This document shows, piece after piece, positions 1 through 13,100 of a stretch of 64,000 bases of DNA. This stretch comes from Phyllosticta citribraziliensis (taxonomy: Eukaryota). The DNA lies in assembly GCF_038025025.1 (NCBI RefSeq), contig NW_027117346.1, positions 496,001 to 560,000 on the forward strand, read 5' to 3'. Position 1 is the first letter of the stretch. Each line of letters opens with the position of its first letter. A program made the position numbers and the translations under genes. The notes beneath the pieces are model-generated. The model had not been told where the DNA came from, ran no database searches, and was given only the letters and a program-made list of their open reading frames with translations.

Positions 1-30
1 CGTCCGACTGTGTCGTTCGTCCAAACTCAC

Positions 31-1445
31 GCTCCCAAACCACCGCCCCCACCACGCGCCACTCCTCGCCAGCTGCTCCTCTAACACATTAGCTAGACCG
101 GCAAAACGCGTTTCAAATCCCACGACCCCCTCCTCATTCTCCCGGCGCCTACAGCCATTCTACCACCCCCTGCGCATGGCATAATCTGATCAGTTTTCCT
201 CCCCTGCCGGCCGAGCGCAGCAGCCGACGGATCAGATCTCTGGTACGGCACCTACACAAGCGCAGACACGCTCCAGCACGGCGCGCGCAACCCCCGACAC
301 ACCGAGCCCGGGGTTTCGGTAGTCGAGTCGCAAGTGCCGGCAGGACGGGGCAGCAAAGGAAGGATCCGAGTCGACGCCGGATGCGGACGGTGCAGGCGGG
401 AGTGGAGGCAGCGGCGGCGTCGGTGGCGATCGGAAGCTCTACCCCGAAGGGAAGGTTCTGGATGGCGGGCTTGACTGGCTGCGTGGGTGGTTCGACGTGT
501 CGGTAGGCGGAAGGAGCGGTCGGTGGTCGGCGTTGGCGTCGAAGAGAAGAAGGAACAGGAGAGTAGAGGGAGTCGGTGCCGATGGGAAGCGATGTAGCGA
601 GCGAGCTAGGACGGGCAGGCAGACTGATGGGCGGGTGGGCATGATGTTTGTAGGCGATAGCGTGGTGGCGGAGGAGAGTCGCGGCAGTGAAGGGCGTGGC
701 AAAGCATAACGTGGCAAGAAAACGAGCGGAGTGGCGAAGAACGTTTGGAAGAGAGATGGAATCGATATTAGCTGAGAGGAGAAGTCGTTTTGTTTTTGTT
801 TCTGCACACACGGCGCGAGCGCAGTGATGCCATTATTTGCCACCCAGTGAGCCAAATGAGCAAGTTGTACGCAGGCCGTGGCAGACAAAGTCCAAGTCCC
901 GTAAATACTTCCCCTTCAAACATTCTGACAGTCCGGCTTGATGTGGAGGACGGACAGCATCTCAAATAAGCGATGAAGGATCGCTGTTTTGGTTACCCCT
1001 TACCACCCTGGGGATGCGTAGCAGAACCAATAGAATTACTGCTCTTACCACTATCCTGGCGCCGCGAGAAGTGCCAAATACCGCTTATGCTGCGGCGGAG
1101 CGATCGTCTCCTACTGCACCGCGGCGAAGAGGTAGAAGAGGTAGAAGGCCTCGAGACGTTTGTACTACTGCTGCTGCCACTCGCAGAATTGCTGCAGTAC
1201 ACGTGGTTGGCTAGATTCACCATGCTGCCACTGTTGCCCACAAAATTCTTGTCGTTTTTGACTGTTTTGATATTCTTGTTGATAGTGTTGTCGATCTTTA
1301 TAATGTTGTTGTTGATGGGTTGGTTGCTCTCAAAAAAGTAGTAGTCGGTCTCATCCGCTGGACTACTGCCATGACTGCTCCTGCTGTGTCGCCGCCAAGG
1401 CGACCGCCGAACATGTCGCTTTGTATCATGCTCGCTGAGTATCAT
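31..1445 (-). CDS. Possible 5' part of an intron-containing gene running off the window start; Ser/Pro/Arg-rich, function unknown
   Basis: On the minus strand, ATG at 1445 opens a Ser-rich frame ending at a GTAAGG donor near 1000. A Pro/Ser-rich open stretch lies at about 350-650. A small exon at 31-80 (EQLARSGAWWGRWFGS) is bounded by GCTAAT..TTAG and GTGAGT. The full exon chain is not resolved. Confidence 0.3.
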
Positions 1446-1851
1446 CAGAAACGACGCCTGCCAAATAAATCGAAGAGAAGCCGAGAGGGAAATTGGTATG
1501 ATGGGGCGCGAAATCGAAAAAGTGAGGAGGATGTGACACTGTGGCGCGCATAGTGACAAATGGCGCGGGAGAGCCCGACGCTGGTTGCAATGGGTTGTGA
1601 TGACTTGACACAGGAGACGTGGTACTGAAACGGGACAGTCCAACGCCCACAGAAACTGAAATACAGACGAGAGAATCGTCAAGTATGAGGGATGGGTGTG
1701 TGTTTGAAAGATCAGAGACAGAGGGAGAAAAAGGTGTCCGTATTATCAAAAAGAGGAGAGTAAATAAACCGCCGTCCGTCGATCATCGCAAGTCGATTGT
1801 CGTCGTGGCCGCGTTGACGTAGAAGCGAAGTCGAAGTACGTTGAACCACAC

Positions 1852-3874
1852 CTACATAATCTGCTGGACCCAGACCTACGAAAATTGTCAGCAAAATGTG
1901 TCGAAAGCGCCATTTATTGGTGGTGTTTGCTTACCTCCATCTTCCCCATCTCTTTCCGCTCCCTCTTCGCCTCAGCACTGCAACTCGAAATGGCCATTTG
2001 CAAGTCCTCTTGGTCGCTCATCGTGATCATGTCATTGTCGTCGCGAATCTTGATCTTGAAGTTTTGACGCAGCGCAAACTTGTCTCGTATTTGCGCAGAA
2101 AAGGTGTCAAAGCGCACATTCGGGTCGATGAAGACGTAGCGAGTATCGTCAGCATGCACCTTGACGCGGATCGTTTTTATGGTCGGCACACTGCGACGAG
2201 ATATTGATGCTGGTGGCATGGCGTTGGAGGGCCGTCGCACGTTGCCGCGGGTGGGTACCATCTCGAAGTCCACGTCGTAGACTGAGTCCGGGGAATAGGG
2301 GTTTTCCTCTTCCTCCTCAATGTACATTGGCTTTTGGGGCCGGTTCCGTGACCGCGTACTGCTGCTGGTGTAGTTCATGCTGTTGTACGACCGATCGTAC
2401 ATGTCGTACAAGTCGTCGGCGTAGGGGTCTTCCTCTTCGTCGTCCGAGATCATCATTTGGGGCTGTCGTGGTATCGGTTCTCTGGCTTCTTTGATCCGCC
2501 TCATGTCTCTTATTGGGTCCCTCTCCATCCTTTCTCTGCTTGGCTCCCTGCGCAAAGCTCGTTCTCTGCTCGCATCTCTGCGGAGATCTCTTTCTCGACT
2601 TGGTTCTCGACGCATGTCTCTGCCCATGTCCCTCTCTCGACTTCCATCTCTGCGCATTCGGCCCATGTCTCTGCTTGACATTCCAGACATGGGGTCTCTG
2701 GCAAAGCCTCGCGAAGATGCTGTGCTTCGCGAAGATGTCGACATTTGTCTACTTGGCGCTGGTCTTTCGGAGGCTGACCGAGAAGGCATCACTCGAGGTT
2801 TTGGCTGCTCAAATGCGGCTCGTCCGAGATCCAACGGAGCCGGCTTGCGACTCACAACCGACTGTGAGCGAGTGCTATAACTGCCAGGAGATGGCGGTCT
2901 CCTCGTGTCGTTCTCAGGGGGAGGTGTCGGCGGGAAGACGTTGCGGGTGATGGGCGGCTCTGATTGCTGTCTTGAACGGCTCGTCAAACCTGGCTTGACG
3001 AGGTTTGTCGCAGCGTATGATATCTTCTCCTCAGGCCTGTCATCCTTGACGCTGGCGATTTCGTTGAGTTTCTTCAACTCCGCCCCAGTGAAGCCCGTAA
3101 AGGCATTGTTCCGGTCGGTGGCGGCCACAAGACGAGCTTTTCCGAGGTAGTCCTTGGCCTTGAGGTTCTTTACTTTGGCTTCGTTTGGACGATATACGAT
3201 TCCCACGGGTATCGAGAAGACAGTGTAGCCCTAGAGGTGTCAGCCGGAGCGACAAGGGCATGGAATTTCAATTACCTCTGCCTCTTCCCGAATTGCTTCG
3301 TCAATCACGTCATGGTCTGGGACCACCTTTTCCCGCGCAGCGTACATCAAGTCCTGCATACCTGGCTCCTTTTGTTGAAGGTATATGTAACACAGTCCAC
3401 GGTTGAAGAGTGCCTCGCAAGAGTATAGCTTGAATTTTAGACCCAATTGCTCGTAGTCGATGCTGTTGTTCCCTCGCAAGTAGAGCAGGGTGTCGTTGAA
3501 ATTGGCGAGCGCCTCCTCGAAGTCGCCCATTAGGAAATTAGATACGCCTTGCTGGAAATATGCCACGGCGAGGTACTGGTCTAGACGCGTAGCGCGCTGG
3601 TAGCTCTCGACCTGGTGCATGTTAACGATATTCCCGGACCAAGGAAGCCTAACAACTTACGGCCTTCTCATGTTCCCCGAGCGTCGCGTGAATCACGCCA
3701 CAGTTGAACAAGATCTTGGACGTGTCGGCGATGTTGTCGAAAAGGCGCAGAGCTTCGTCGAATTCATTATTGTCGTAAGCGGCCAGCGCTGCAACCCAAG
3801 TTTCTATTTCCTGTGCAAAGTCAGTACGAGTCGAGTCGGGAGGCCAGATCAATTCTGACCTGTTTGAGAGACAT
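1852..3874 (-). CDS. noxR: NADPH oxidase regulator NoxR (p67phox homologue; N-terminal TPR, C-terminal PB1)
   Basis: Exons 3860-3874, 3661-3810, 3276-3611, 1935-3230 and 1852-1875, with GT-AG introns. Spliced start MSLKQEIETWVAALAAYDNNEF, TPR segment LAVAYFQQGVSNFLMGDFEEALANF, and PB1-like end IRVKVHADDTRY..DMITMSDQEDL..KMEVWV. Confidence 0.93.
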
Positions 3875-4854
3875 TTTGTATGATCAAGTGGAGCTCATGG
3901 ACGCAATGTCTCGTGGAAATGGGGAGCGGCAGCCGCAGAAATACAGCGCGTGAATTGGTCGTCTTCAATTCGAGAGGTGTTCCTTTGACGCTTGTTCTTG
4001 CTGGTCCAGGTCTTGGTATATGTGCCACTGGAGCTATCTAGCCGCCTGGGTGGGTTGAGGGTGGGGCTCCGTGGATTAAACACTACAACGTGGGCGTGGC
4101 GGCCAGACGAAAAAGGAGCGAAGAGGTCAGGAGGTCGAGGGGCGACGTTGACGAGCTGGAAGCTGGTAGGCCTTCCTAAGAGTAGGCTTCAAAGGGGAGA
4201 GGGAATTGACATGCGGGAGGTGTAGAGGGTTAGTGGGCGATTCGAGTCGGAATTGGACCAGCACCAGAAGCGCGGGCATCGTGGAGCGACACTGACTGGC
4301 TGGTTCGAGGCCAAGCGGCGCCATGGGCAGGGCTGTCACAGCGCGGCGTTGCACGACTGCAGGCGTATCAGCCAGCGGGTTCGCTGAAGCTGTGAGATGC
4401 ACCTCGGCCGGGGCGGATCCGCCATCGTCATTGGCTGCAGGACCGACACCACGGCGGCTACGCAGCCAGCAACTCCACTTCTGCGCTTCGCTGCAGATGT
4501 TGCTCTCTCCACATCTCGCCGTCCCTCGCATGCCGAGCGGTGCGCTGGTTGCGTTCCCTGCTCGCGCTGCGCTGTGCTGCGCTCGTGGTGTTGGCGCTTC
4601 CGCAACGACTCCAACATCACCAGGAACATCACGTCCGCCGCCTGCCTGCTGAAACTGCTTCATGTCTGTCTCTGTGACGCCATGGGAGGGTTAGCACAAG
4701 CAACATTGATGTCACAGAGGCTCAGCTCCGCGCGCGGAAACGTTGTGCGCATGAAATCTCGTCATCTTGCTGCCCACTGCCGTCTCGTTGCGACAGCTCC
4801 AACATCTCTTACTGCCCCCTCTGGTTGCGCTCCTTGTCCCTTACACCTGCTCGA

Positions 4855-5709
4855 TCAGAGCATCCCACGGTCCACTTGCTCTTTGCGCTCTTCCCATACA
4901 GTCTTACCCGAACACGAGCAGACCGTCTTGTCATTATCCCAAACGCCAGCGCTGCGGGCAATCACGCCCACGAGCGTGTCAGGGTCGTTCTTGTCCAGCT
5001 TTCCATCCTGCTGCTTGGCGACCACGATGCTGCGTCCAATCATTTCCCAAATCTGGATTGGCTTGTCCAAAAAGATGGTGCCCACGCCCCCTTGGCTAAC
5101 CTCAACCGTCCCAAACACGCCTCTCGCGGCAGTCGCCGGCTTGCCTTCGGACTTGGCCTTGACGGCCTCCCAAATTGGACCGGTCGACTCGGGCCCCTCG
5201 GATATATCGCCACGCTCGCGAACCGTGGCATAGTAGGTTCCTGGCGAAATGCCGCGGAGGCTCAGATCGATAATCGTCATGTTTGGCGCAACTTGGACCA
5301 TGCGAGCAAGACCGCGGACTTTGTTCTCGACCGTAGGGCTGTGGCTCTCAAGGATGCAGACAGCGGCGCTGTTTGCCGCGCCGCTACCGCGCAGAATGGC
5401 GTCTCGGCCTGTATCTTGGATTGCTTGTACTATCGTAGAAGGTGAGGCAGTTCCCTCAATGGAGACGAGTTGATTTTGCAAATCACCCTCGACCTTGTTG
5501 ATGCCTATTGGTTCAATCAGTCGTCTGGAATACGCATAAATGCGGGAGTCAGCTTACCAGGAAGCTTGAACAGGGAGGTTTGGACATCTTTGATACAGCT
5601 CTCACAGCTGAGAGGGACCGCGAAGGTGGTCTGACAGTGTGTCAATGCCCATGGAGCGCTAGCACGTTTATGCAGCTCGACGTACCTGGAACGGGGGAAT
5701 GGTGCTCAT
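4855..5709 (-). CDS. CCS1: Copper chaperone for Cu/Zn superoxide dismutase
   Basis: Exons 5686-5709, 5558-5630 and 4855-5504. HMA-like TTFAVPLSCESC, SOD-like middle domain, and C-terminal GVIARSAGVWDNDKTVCSCSGKTVWEE containing the CXC motif. Confidence 0.93.
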
Positions 5710-6722
5710 GTTTGCAGATTTGGAACGGGTTGTAGGCGTGGGCCTGGCAAAGCGAGTCGCCGCGGGTGGAGAATTGGGGGTGGCATCTTCGAGAACGCGG
5801 GCACTCTGCGACTCGCCTTCTGCCGAGCGGTGATGCGGAGCAGCTACGTCTGCGCCAGCGGATTTATCATCAAGTTCCCGCCTGCCCCTGCTCACCGCCC
5901 GCGCCTCTTGCCGAGATCGGGGCAAGCTCGCCGGCTCAACTTGCCATGCCCACCACTCCAAACGTCCAGCACCGCAGCTTTTGCTATTTGTGGTGCTTTT
6001 TCAAGTGTCAACCGCTTGACGCAACAGTCTGCTCTGGAGTCGTTTCCTGCGGTCCGTCAAGCTCCTGGACCATGCTCCCCACGGAATAGCTGCTGGTTTC
6101 CAGAATGCAGATGTTCTATCTTTCCGTCCTCACATCAGATTAGAAGATGACCATCCCTTGTTTTGTCCGAGAAAAATGTTGCGCGTTTCATTTTGCTCAG
6201 TCTTTTCACAAGCAAATGATTTGGTCTGTCAGGAGATGCTCACGATAGCGAAATGGAGGATTCAAGGGCATTGTAATCTTTACTTGAACCACTGACAACT
6301 GGGAGACCACTGACGACTGGAGATCTGACCAGTAATCACTTTTTGAAAAATTGCTCAATTGTGACACGACCAATCCCCTCACCAGTAATAAACACAGATC
6401 AATAAGATCAAGCATTGGTTTGACATTGTTCAACACAAAGCCTGTTGAAACGCTCATCTCGAATGGTCATATCCAACCACCCACCCAATCCGGCAGTTTA
6501 CGCACGTGATGCGGACCCGGGATCTCCGCCTCCGCCCCGGCCCGAGAGCTCTTGGCTCGATTTTCCCGCCCAGGCGCCATACTGCAACCACCACGACGCC
6601 CCAAATCGACTACGACCAAGGCATCCACCAAACTCCCTCGCCAGCAAATCGGCTCGGACCTCGCGCGCTTCAATCACCCTCCCTCGCATCCCTGAGCCCA
6701 TCGGGGCAAGCTTTCGCCCGGC

Positions 6723-7442
6723 ATGTCGCAAACAATCGGCAAAGTACGACCCTCCTCCGCGCAACGCCCACCCAGACCGCAGCACCTCCGCGGTCCACAT
6801 TCGCGGACGATTGGCTCCTGCCAGGCTGAACTGCACACGGAAAAAGGCTAACGTACGCGTCCCCATAGACCCGGCTCGCCTACTCGCGCGTCTGGCACAG
6901 CGTCAACGTTGGCGCGGACCCGCGGCCGCTGGGACGCATCGCGACGGCGATAGCATTGACGCTGATGGGCAAGCACAAGCCCATCTTCGACCCTTCAACC
7001 GACTGCGGCGACTACGTGGTGGCCACCAACTGCAAGGACCTGACGACGACGGGCAAGAAGCGCCAGAAGAAGATGTACTACCACCACAACACGCGGCCGG
7101 GCAGCTTGCAGGAGATTACCATGGACCGCCTCATGAAGAAGTGGGGAGGTGGCGAGATCTTGAAGCGTGCTGTTAGTGGCATGTTGCCCAAGAACCGCCT
7201 CCGCAAGGAGCGTCTGGCTAGGTTGAAGTGTGAGTGCTCTGTTTGAGAGTGTTGGGTGACTTGGGACAACGACACCAGATTCGCTCAGTGGGCGGCACTT
7301 TGGCTGACAATTATGTTTCCTCAAAGGTTTCGAAGGCAACTCGCATCCGTACAAGGAAAACATCATCCGATTCAACGGACAGACGGTGCCGTCGATAGCA
7401 CAGCTCGAGGAGGTCAAAAAGACCATTTCGACGCCGCGGTAG
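6723..7442 (+). CDS. MRPL23: Mitochondrial ribosomal protein uL13
   Basis: Exons 6723-6743, 6869-7229 and 7327-7442. MSQTIGKTRLAYSRVWH..LMGKHKPIFDPSTDCGDYVV..AVSGMLPKNRLR..RL are uL13 signatures. Confidence 0.92.
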
Positions 7443-7870
7443 GCAGGGACATACGCGGTCAGGGCGGCGTTATGGTTTCTTTGGCACAGGTTCGAAAGCG
7501 GCATCATGGAGACAATTGACATGAGTGGGCGTGTATATCAAAACAAAATGGTTGCGCAGATATGGGAGAAGTCGTGGCTTCTCAAGGCACCGAGACTCCA
7601 TGTAGGCGGGTAGATTCCAAGTCGATCGAAGACGATGCCCACTTGGTGTATAATTGTCTGGGAAACGAACAGGTCCTGCAGTTCCAGGATTCATCTTTAT
7701 TGCTGGCCAGGTACGAGGTGCCATCCACGTCACGTTTGTCCAAGGCAGACTACAGCTGCTCGTTGCAAGTGGTATCAATTGAAAATAAACCAATTTTCCA
7801 AACGCCGTCTTCTCGCAAAGTGATATCGTGCGCAAAGTCGAAAAAGGAACACACGCCGCCTCGTATTTAT

Positions 7871-8887
7871 TTACAGCTTCGCCTTTCCGCCCTTGCGACC
7901 AACAGTGCATTGGATCAGACCGTTGGGGTCGCTCTGGGGCGCAAAGACCTCGGCATCCTTGCCCGTGTTCTTGAGTCCCTTGAACCAACTGAGATCTGTT
8001 GACGAATTAGATCATGTCCCGAAATGACAGGGGGTCCGAAAGAGTAGACTTACCAACTTCAAAGTAATGCTTGTTCGGCAGCGAAAAGCTGACAGTCTCG
8101 ACCAACGGCGCCGCGGCCAAGATCTGCTCGCTCATCTTGTACATTGTGTTCTGCACGCTGGCAGAGTCGTCCGTCGCAAACGTCTCGAGGATAATCTTGA
8201 CAGCGGCATCAAAGGCGTCATTAAACCGCGACGCCTTGGCCTTGACATCGTCGAGGCCAGCAAACGACGCCCAGTCCCACGTCGCCTTGACCTCTGTGCT
8301 CAGGATGCGGTCCCAGACCTCGGGAAGGCGGGTGTACTCGTCGCGGTGGAAGCCGTAGAAGGCGGAGCCGGTGCTCTTGAGGACGAGCAGGTGGTCGATG
8401 CCCGAGGTGATGGAGATGCCGCCCTTCTCGCGGACGTAGGCGTCGACGGTGCGGATGTCGGCGCCGTCGCGCTGGAACGAGTGTGGGTGCGGCGAGCCGC
8501 CCACGGTCATGCGCGTCCACTTGTGCGTCACGATGCGCACGTGGGCGCCGTGGATGTGCGGGTACGTCTGCACAAAGTGCGAGCCGACGATGGAGGCGAA
8601 GAGCTCGGGGGGCGTCACTGGATTCTGCTTGGCGAGGATGTAGATGGTTTGCTTTTGGGTGTCGGTGGCTACGACGACTGAGTTGTCGGCGTGCGTGTAG
8701 CTGTTTGGATGGTTAGCTCGGCGGGGAGGAGCTAGCTTGTTGTCGTCACTCACGATGTCTCAATGTCGCCCTCGAGCAATACGCACACCGTTTGCTCGAC
8801 GACCGACTGCGTGCCATCGTCGTGCTTGTGGACCTTGTACAGTCTGACGTTGTCCTTGCCGTAGCGCGCGTAGTTGAGCTGGGACAT
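7871..8887 (-). CDS. uaZ: Urate oxidase (uricase), peroxisomal (C-terminal PTS1 AKL)
   Basis: Exons 8754-8887, 8054-8700 and 7871-7995. Motifs YGKDNV, VVATDTQK, LLVLKSTGSAF, SASVQNTMY, LPNKHYF; the protein ends GKAKL-stop. Confidence 0.95.
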
Positions 8888-9128
8888 GGCGAGGGGCGAT
8901 AAGATAGAGCTTGGGGATTATGGAGAGAATGTAGGAGGTGGAAGTGTACAGGTAGTAAAATGCAAAAGCACTGTAGTATAGACAGGTAGCAAAGACTAAC
9001 AATATGCGGAAGTGGGCGACTACTGACGCAACCAAGCCAAGGTGGGATAAAGTAAAGCTGTTGACCTGGGATGCAGCCAGCGGGTGGAATGCCGCTAAGG
9101 TAGCGTTTATGTAGTCGTCTGGGGATGC

Positions 9129-9268
9129 CTTATCGGAGGGCACCGTGAAGCGGACTTGGCCATGTGCCTTTGACTGGCGCTGCTTGATCAATCGGCTGCT
9201 GCTTGCCAGTCCAATGAGGACCATTGTTGGTCGTGAAGCTCACGCCATGGATTGTCGGAGGCCGCCGC
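9129..9268. promoter_or_regulatory. Two UaY-like CGG-N6-CCG sites, one overlapping a GATA site, upstream of uricase
   Basis: TCGG-AGGGCA-CCGT at 9133-9146 (overlapping CTTATC at 9129-9134) and TCGG-AGGCCG-CCGC at 9255-9268. The A. nidulans UaY consensus is TCGG-N6-CCGA. Confidence 0.55.
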
Positions 9269-10011
9269 TCTCAGTCGCAGAGCCCCTTGACATGCGGTAC
9301 TCTCCTACGCGGCGGCAGCCCGCGCCGCGGGAGTTTACAAATTTTGGGCCGGTCATTGGCGCCTGCACAATTGGTGTAGTCATTGTGGAGTATTCATCGG
9401 CCAAATGGATTGATTGCTACAGTAGAATTACGACGAGAAGGATACCGTACCGTAGGCCAATTCAGACCATGTGCATGGCCAAATCAGGCATCCGTGCAGC
9501 CATATCAGCGCCCATTATTCGACGGCATGCTGAGGAGTGCCCTGGCAGATGCGTCAACCTTCCCGAGGCGCAAGGATACGGTCGAGGTCATGGTTGTGGA
9601 CGTGACGCTGGGCTACGCAAGCTCCTGTCTCCAGTCGTTTCCGACAAATTCATCGCGAGAGCGACGCAAGAGCGAGAGGGAGAGATGCAGACCGGCGAAG
9701 AAAACAATTGGAAGTACATCATCGTCGCATCTGAATCTAGACGGCGCCACTGATGCGCCGGGTGCTTATTTTTGTTATTTTTGTCCTGGCGTCGTTTCTT
9801 GGACCTGGAGAGCGGTCGTGGCGGATGCCGTCCCCGCATACCTCCGCTTCCCGCCTCGCTCACGTCTCGCACTTCCTTGCACCGCCCGCCCAGAGCTACC
9901 TTGCCCCGTCGACCTACACCAAGATCTGCCTGATCGTTGCTTGGTTCTGCAACTCCAACAACGCAACGGCCTCACCACCACACCACCGCCATCCCCCATC
10001 TCTCGACTCTG

Positions 10012-10036
10012 CCCCCCCCCCCCCCCCCCCCCCCCC
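10012..10036. repeat. Poly-C homopolymer (C25) upstream of Rictor
   Basis: Uninterrupted run of C. Confidence 0.95.
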
Positions 10037-10134
10037 GGTCCCTGCCCGTGAGATGGCAGGCCGCTAGCTGCCCGCCTCATGCCCGAGCCTCACCGCACCA
10101 TACCGGCGCACCCACGGCATGAGGCACGCGTGTC

Positions 10135-13100
10135 ATGGTTAGCAGTGCTTCTCCGGGCATGACACCCTCTCTCCAACCGCCGCCTCCTGCGCGCTCCATG
10201 TCCACCCAGTCCGATGCGCCCCCCGCCGCCGACCACTCGTCCTCCAACACTCTCCTTCCTCCTGGCCGTCTCGCCAAAGATGGTCGCGCCGCATCGGCCG
10301 CAGCCCCCATGAGAGGAAACTCGTACATGACTGTCGGCCCCGGGCCCGGCAGCTTCAGCTCAGAGCTCAAGTCCACCGTCTCGCGCGTCGATTTGTCCAG
10401 GCCCTCGCTCGCCGAACATGCCAGCTTTGCGGATGACAGCGCGCGCACTGCCTCGGAGCAGAGGCAGGCCGAGCTGCGCGACAAGATTGAAAAGGAGACC
10501 AAGATCAAGATCGGCTCGGAAAATTTGCTCGAGGCCCTCAACTCGAAAAACGCAAAACAGGCAAAGGAGCAGAAGATTCGCGTCGAGGCCGAACTGAACA
10601 TGTCCAATCGCAAGCTGGCCAATCTCAAGTTGGACTTGGAGTCGGAAATACAGCGGTCCAGGGAGCCTGTCAGGGAGGGCCGGCTATCAGAGCTGTTTCG
10701 CACGGCTCCGGCCCCCGTAGAACCGCGACAGGCGGTCCCGACGATACATGACGATGAGGTCGACCCAGAGGCAGAATCTCCAACATTCGTTCTCGCGGAG
10801 CTGCTGCAGGCGCTCGAGGCAGAAGGCATGCAGCCGGACTATTACGTGGAGCGCGGCAATGCGCTGGTTGAGCTCTTCAAGAGGCACCCCACCCTCAAAT
10901 ACGATTTGGCTTGGTCAATCTTTGGTCTGCGCGTGCAGACGATGCTACTCAGCGACAGCCGCGAGGTTGTGGCTGCTGGCTACCGCGTGCTAAGATACTC
11001 CATAACCGACAGGAAATCTCTCCAGATCATTCGTTCCCTCAACACGGACTATCTCGTCATACTATCGCTAATCAAGGAGAGCAAAGCGAGCGTGGAAAGA
11101 GAGCAAGCATTGAAATTCGTTCGCGGATTTCTAGAGGTCAAAGATGGCGTCAAGGAAATAGCGCGCGCCATCATTCGCATCATTGTCGCCGTGGCGGAGC
11201 ACAGCGATGATCGACTGAGAAATATTTGTCTCTTGACCCTTGCCGAGATTTTGGTCAAGGATCCAGGACGGCTTTCCGCAGCAGGCGGAATGGGACCACT
11301 TACGGATGCTTTAGGAGAAGGATTGTACCATGCCTCGGAGAGCCTTACGGCGTCATTTCTCTATCTCCTGGACGTACCGAGTCGTCGAAAATTTCTCCGC
11401 GCTGGACACGAGCTTCAGATGCCATTTGCTGCCTTTACGGACGCATCGGGCGGACACGCAAATGAGGAACGACTCAAGGCCAACGCGAGGGTCATTGCTG
11501 CTTTGATGAAGAGCTGGACGGGTCTAGTAACGCTGTGCATGCACGACTTTATGGCCATCAAATCCCTCATGACCTCACTCTACATACCGCAGCCATCGGT
11601 TCGAAACGTGATTCTGGAATTGCTTTTTGACGTTCTCAGGATAAAACCGCCGTCATGGTCCTCGTCTTTTCTGGCAGGACGCCGGTTAACCACTTACGGA
11701 CGCGTAACGAATCTGAAAAGCGAAGGGCCCACCAGCTCAGCAGCCAAAGTCGAAGAGGAGGAAATGAAGAGAAGTCTGGTTGACCATTACGTCGCAGTCA
11801 TGCTGGCTGTCTTGCTGCATTCTGGCCTCGTTCCTGCGCTGTTACACGCGGAAGAAGAGGCTCTGAACCTGACTTTGAAGAGGAAGACCACGCTTCTTCT
11901 GGGCGAGGTGTTGAAGATGGCTAATGAGCTGCTTCCCCCGGCATGGAGTCAGGAGCTTCAAGTCCTACCAGACTTGCTCAAGTCGGCCGCAAAGTTTGGC
12001 ATCGACGAGCGGTTTATCGCTACTGGCACCATATACCAGGTGGATAGCGTGAATCGGACCCTGTTCCGCTCAGCAGCGAATGGCAGCAGATTCGGCATGC
12101 AGCCAGACCACGATGACACTCCGCAAACCCCAACATCCTCAAAGGCGCAGTTCAGCGCACAAATTGACGAGGCTCAGTTTCGCAATTTGATGACGGACTC
12201 GCGAGTCCTGGAAACACCAAACTATCAGAAATGGAGATGGGACATCATCCAAGGCATCCTCGATGGGCCGCTTTACAACCCAAAACGTCTAGACGAAGCG
12301 TTACGAGCCACGAAGTTCATTCATCGCTTGATCAATTTTTTCCGTCCTTTCAAGAATCGTTTTTCAATTCTCAAAAATACCCGACCAAACCAGCGCTACG
12401 TCAGAGCGGGATGTTCACTCATGCGGGCGCTCCTCAACAGCCCCGACGGCACCAAATATCTCATGGACAGCAAACCAATACGGCAGCTTGGCGAATGTCT
12501 CTCCCACTTTGACCGGATGAGCGGTTTGACATCAGAAGAGCCCATCTTCTCCGCCGTGCGCATGTCTGAGACGCTCGTGGGCGGTTATTTTGCCGTGCTG
12601 GGCGAGTTGAGCAAAAGCCCCGAAGGCGTCAAAATTTTCGAAAGGTGGAAGATGATTAACATGTTTTACCACATCATCGAGCGACACGACCGCGACGACC
12701 TGATGAAGGCTCTACTGAGCAACATGGACTACACATTGGATGGCCATTTGCGCATCATACTCTCCAAAGCCATGACTGCTAGTATGAAGGAAATTCGTAT
12801 ATTCGCGGCGAGATTGTTGAGGAAATACGCAACCAAGCCTTTGCAACCTTTCGACTCGCCCCTTCCTGGCACTGGGGTTGCCGAGTGGGCCATTCGTCTT
12901 CTTGTCACCCAGCTGTACGATCCGGAGATTGAGGTCTGCGAGGTTGCCATCAAGATTCTCGAAGAAGCCTGCAACCAGAAGCGGTCACTCGAGTATGTTG
13001 TCAAGTGCGCCCCCACCATGGACCACCTTGGTGAAATTGGTGCCCCCCTGCTTTTGCGATTTCTCTCTACGTCGGTGGGATACCATTATCTGGACGGACT

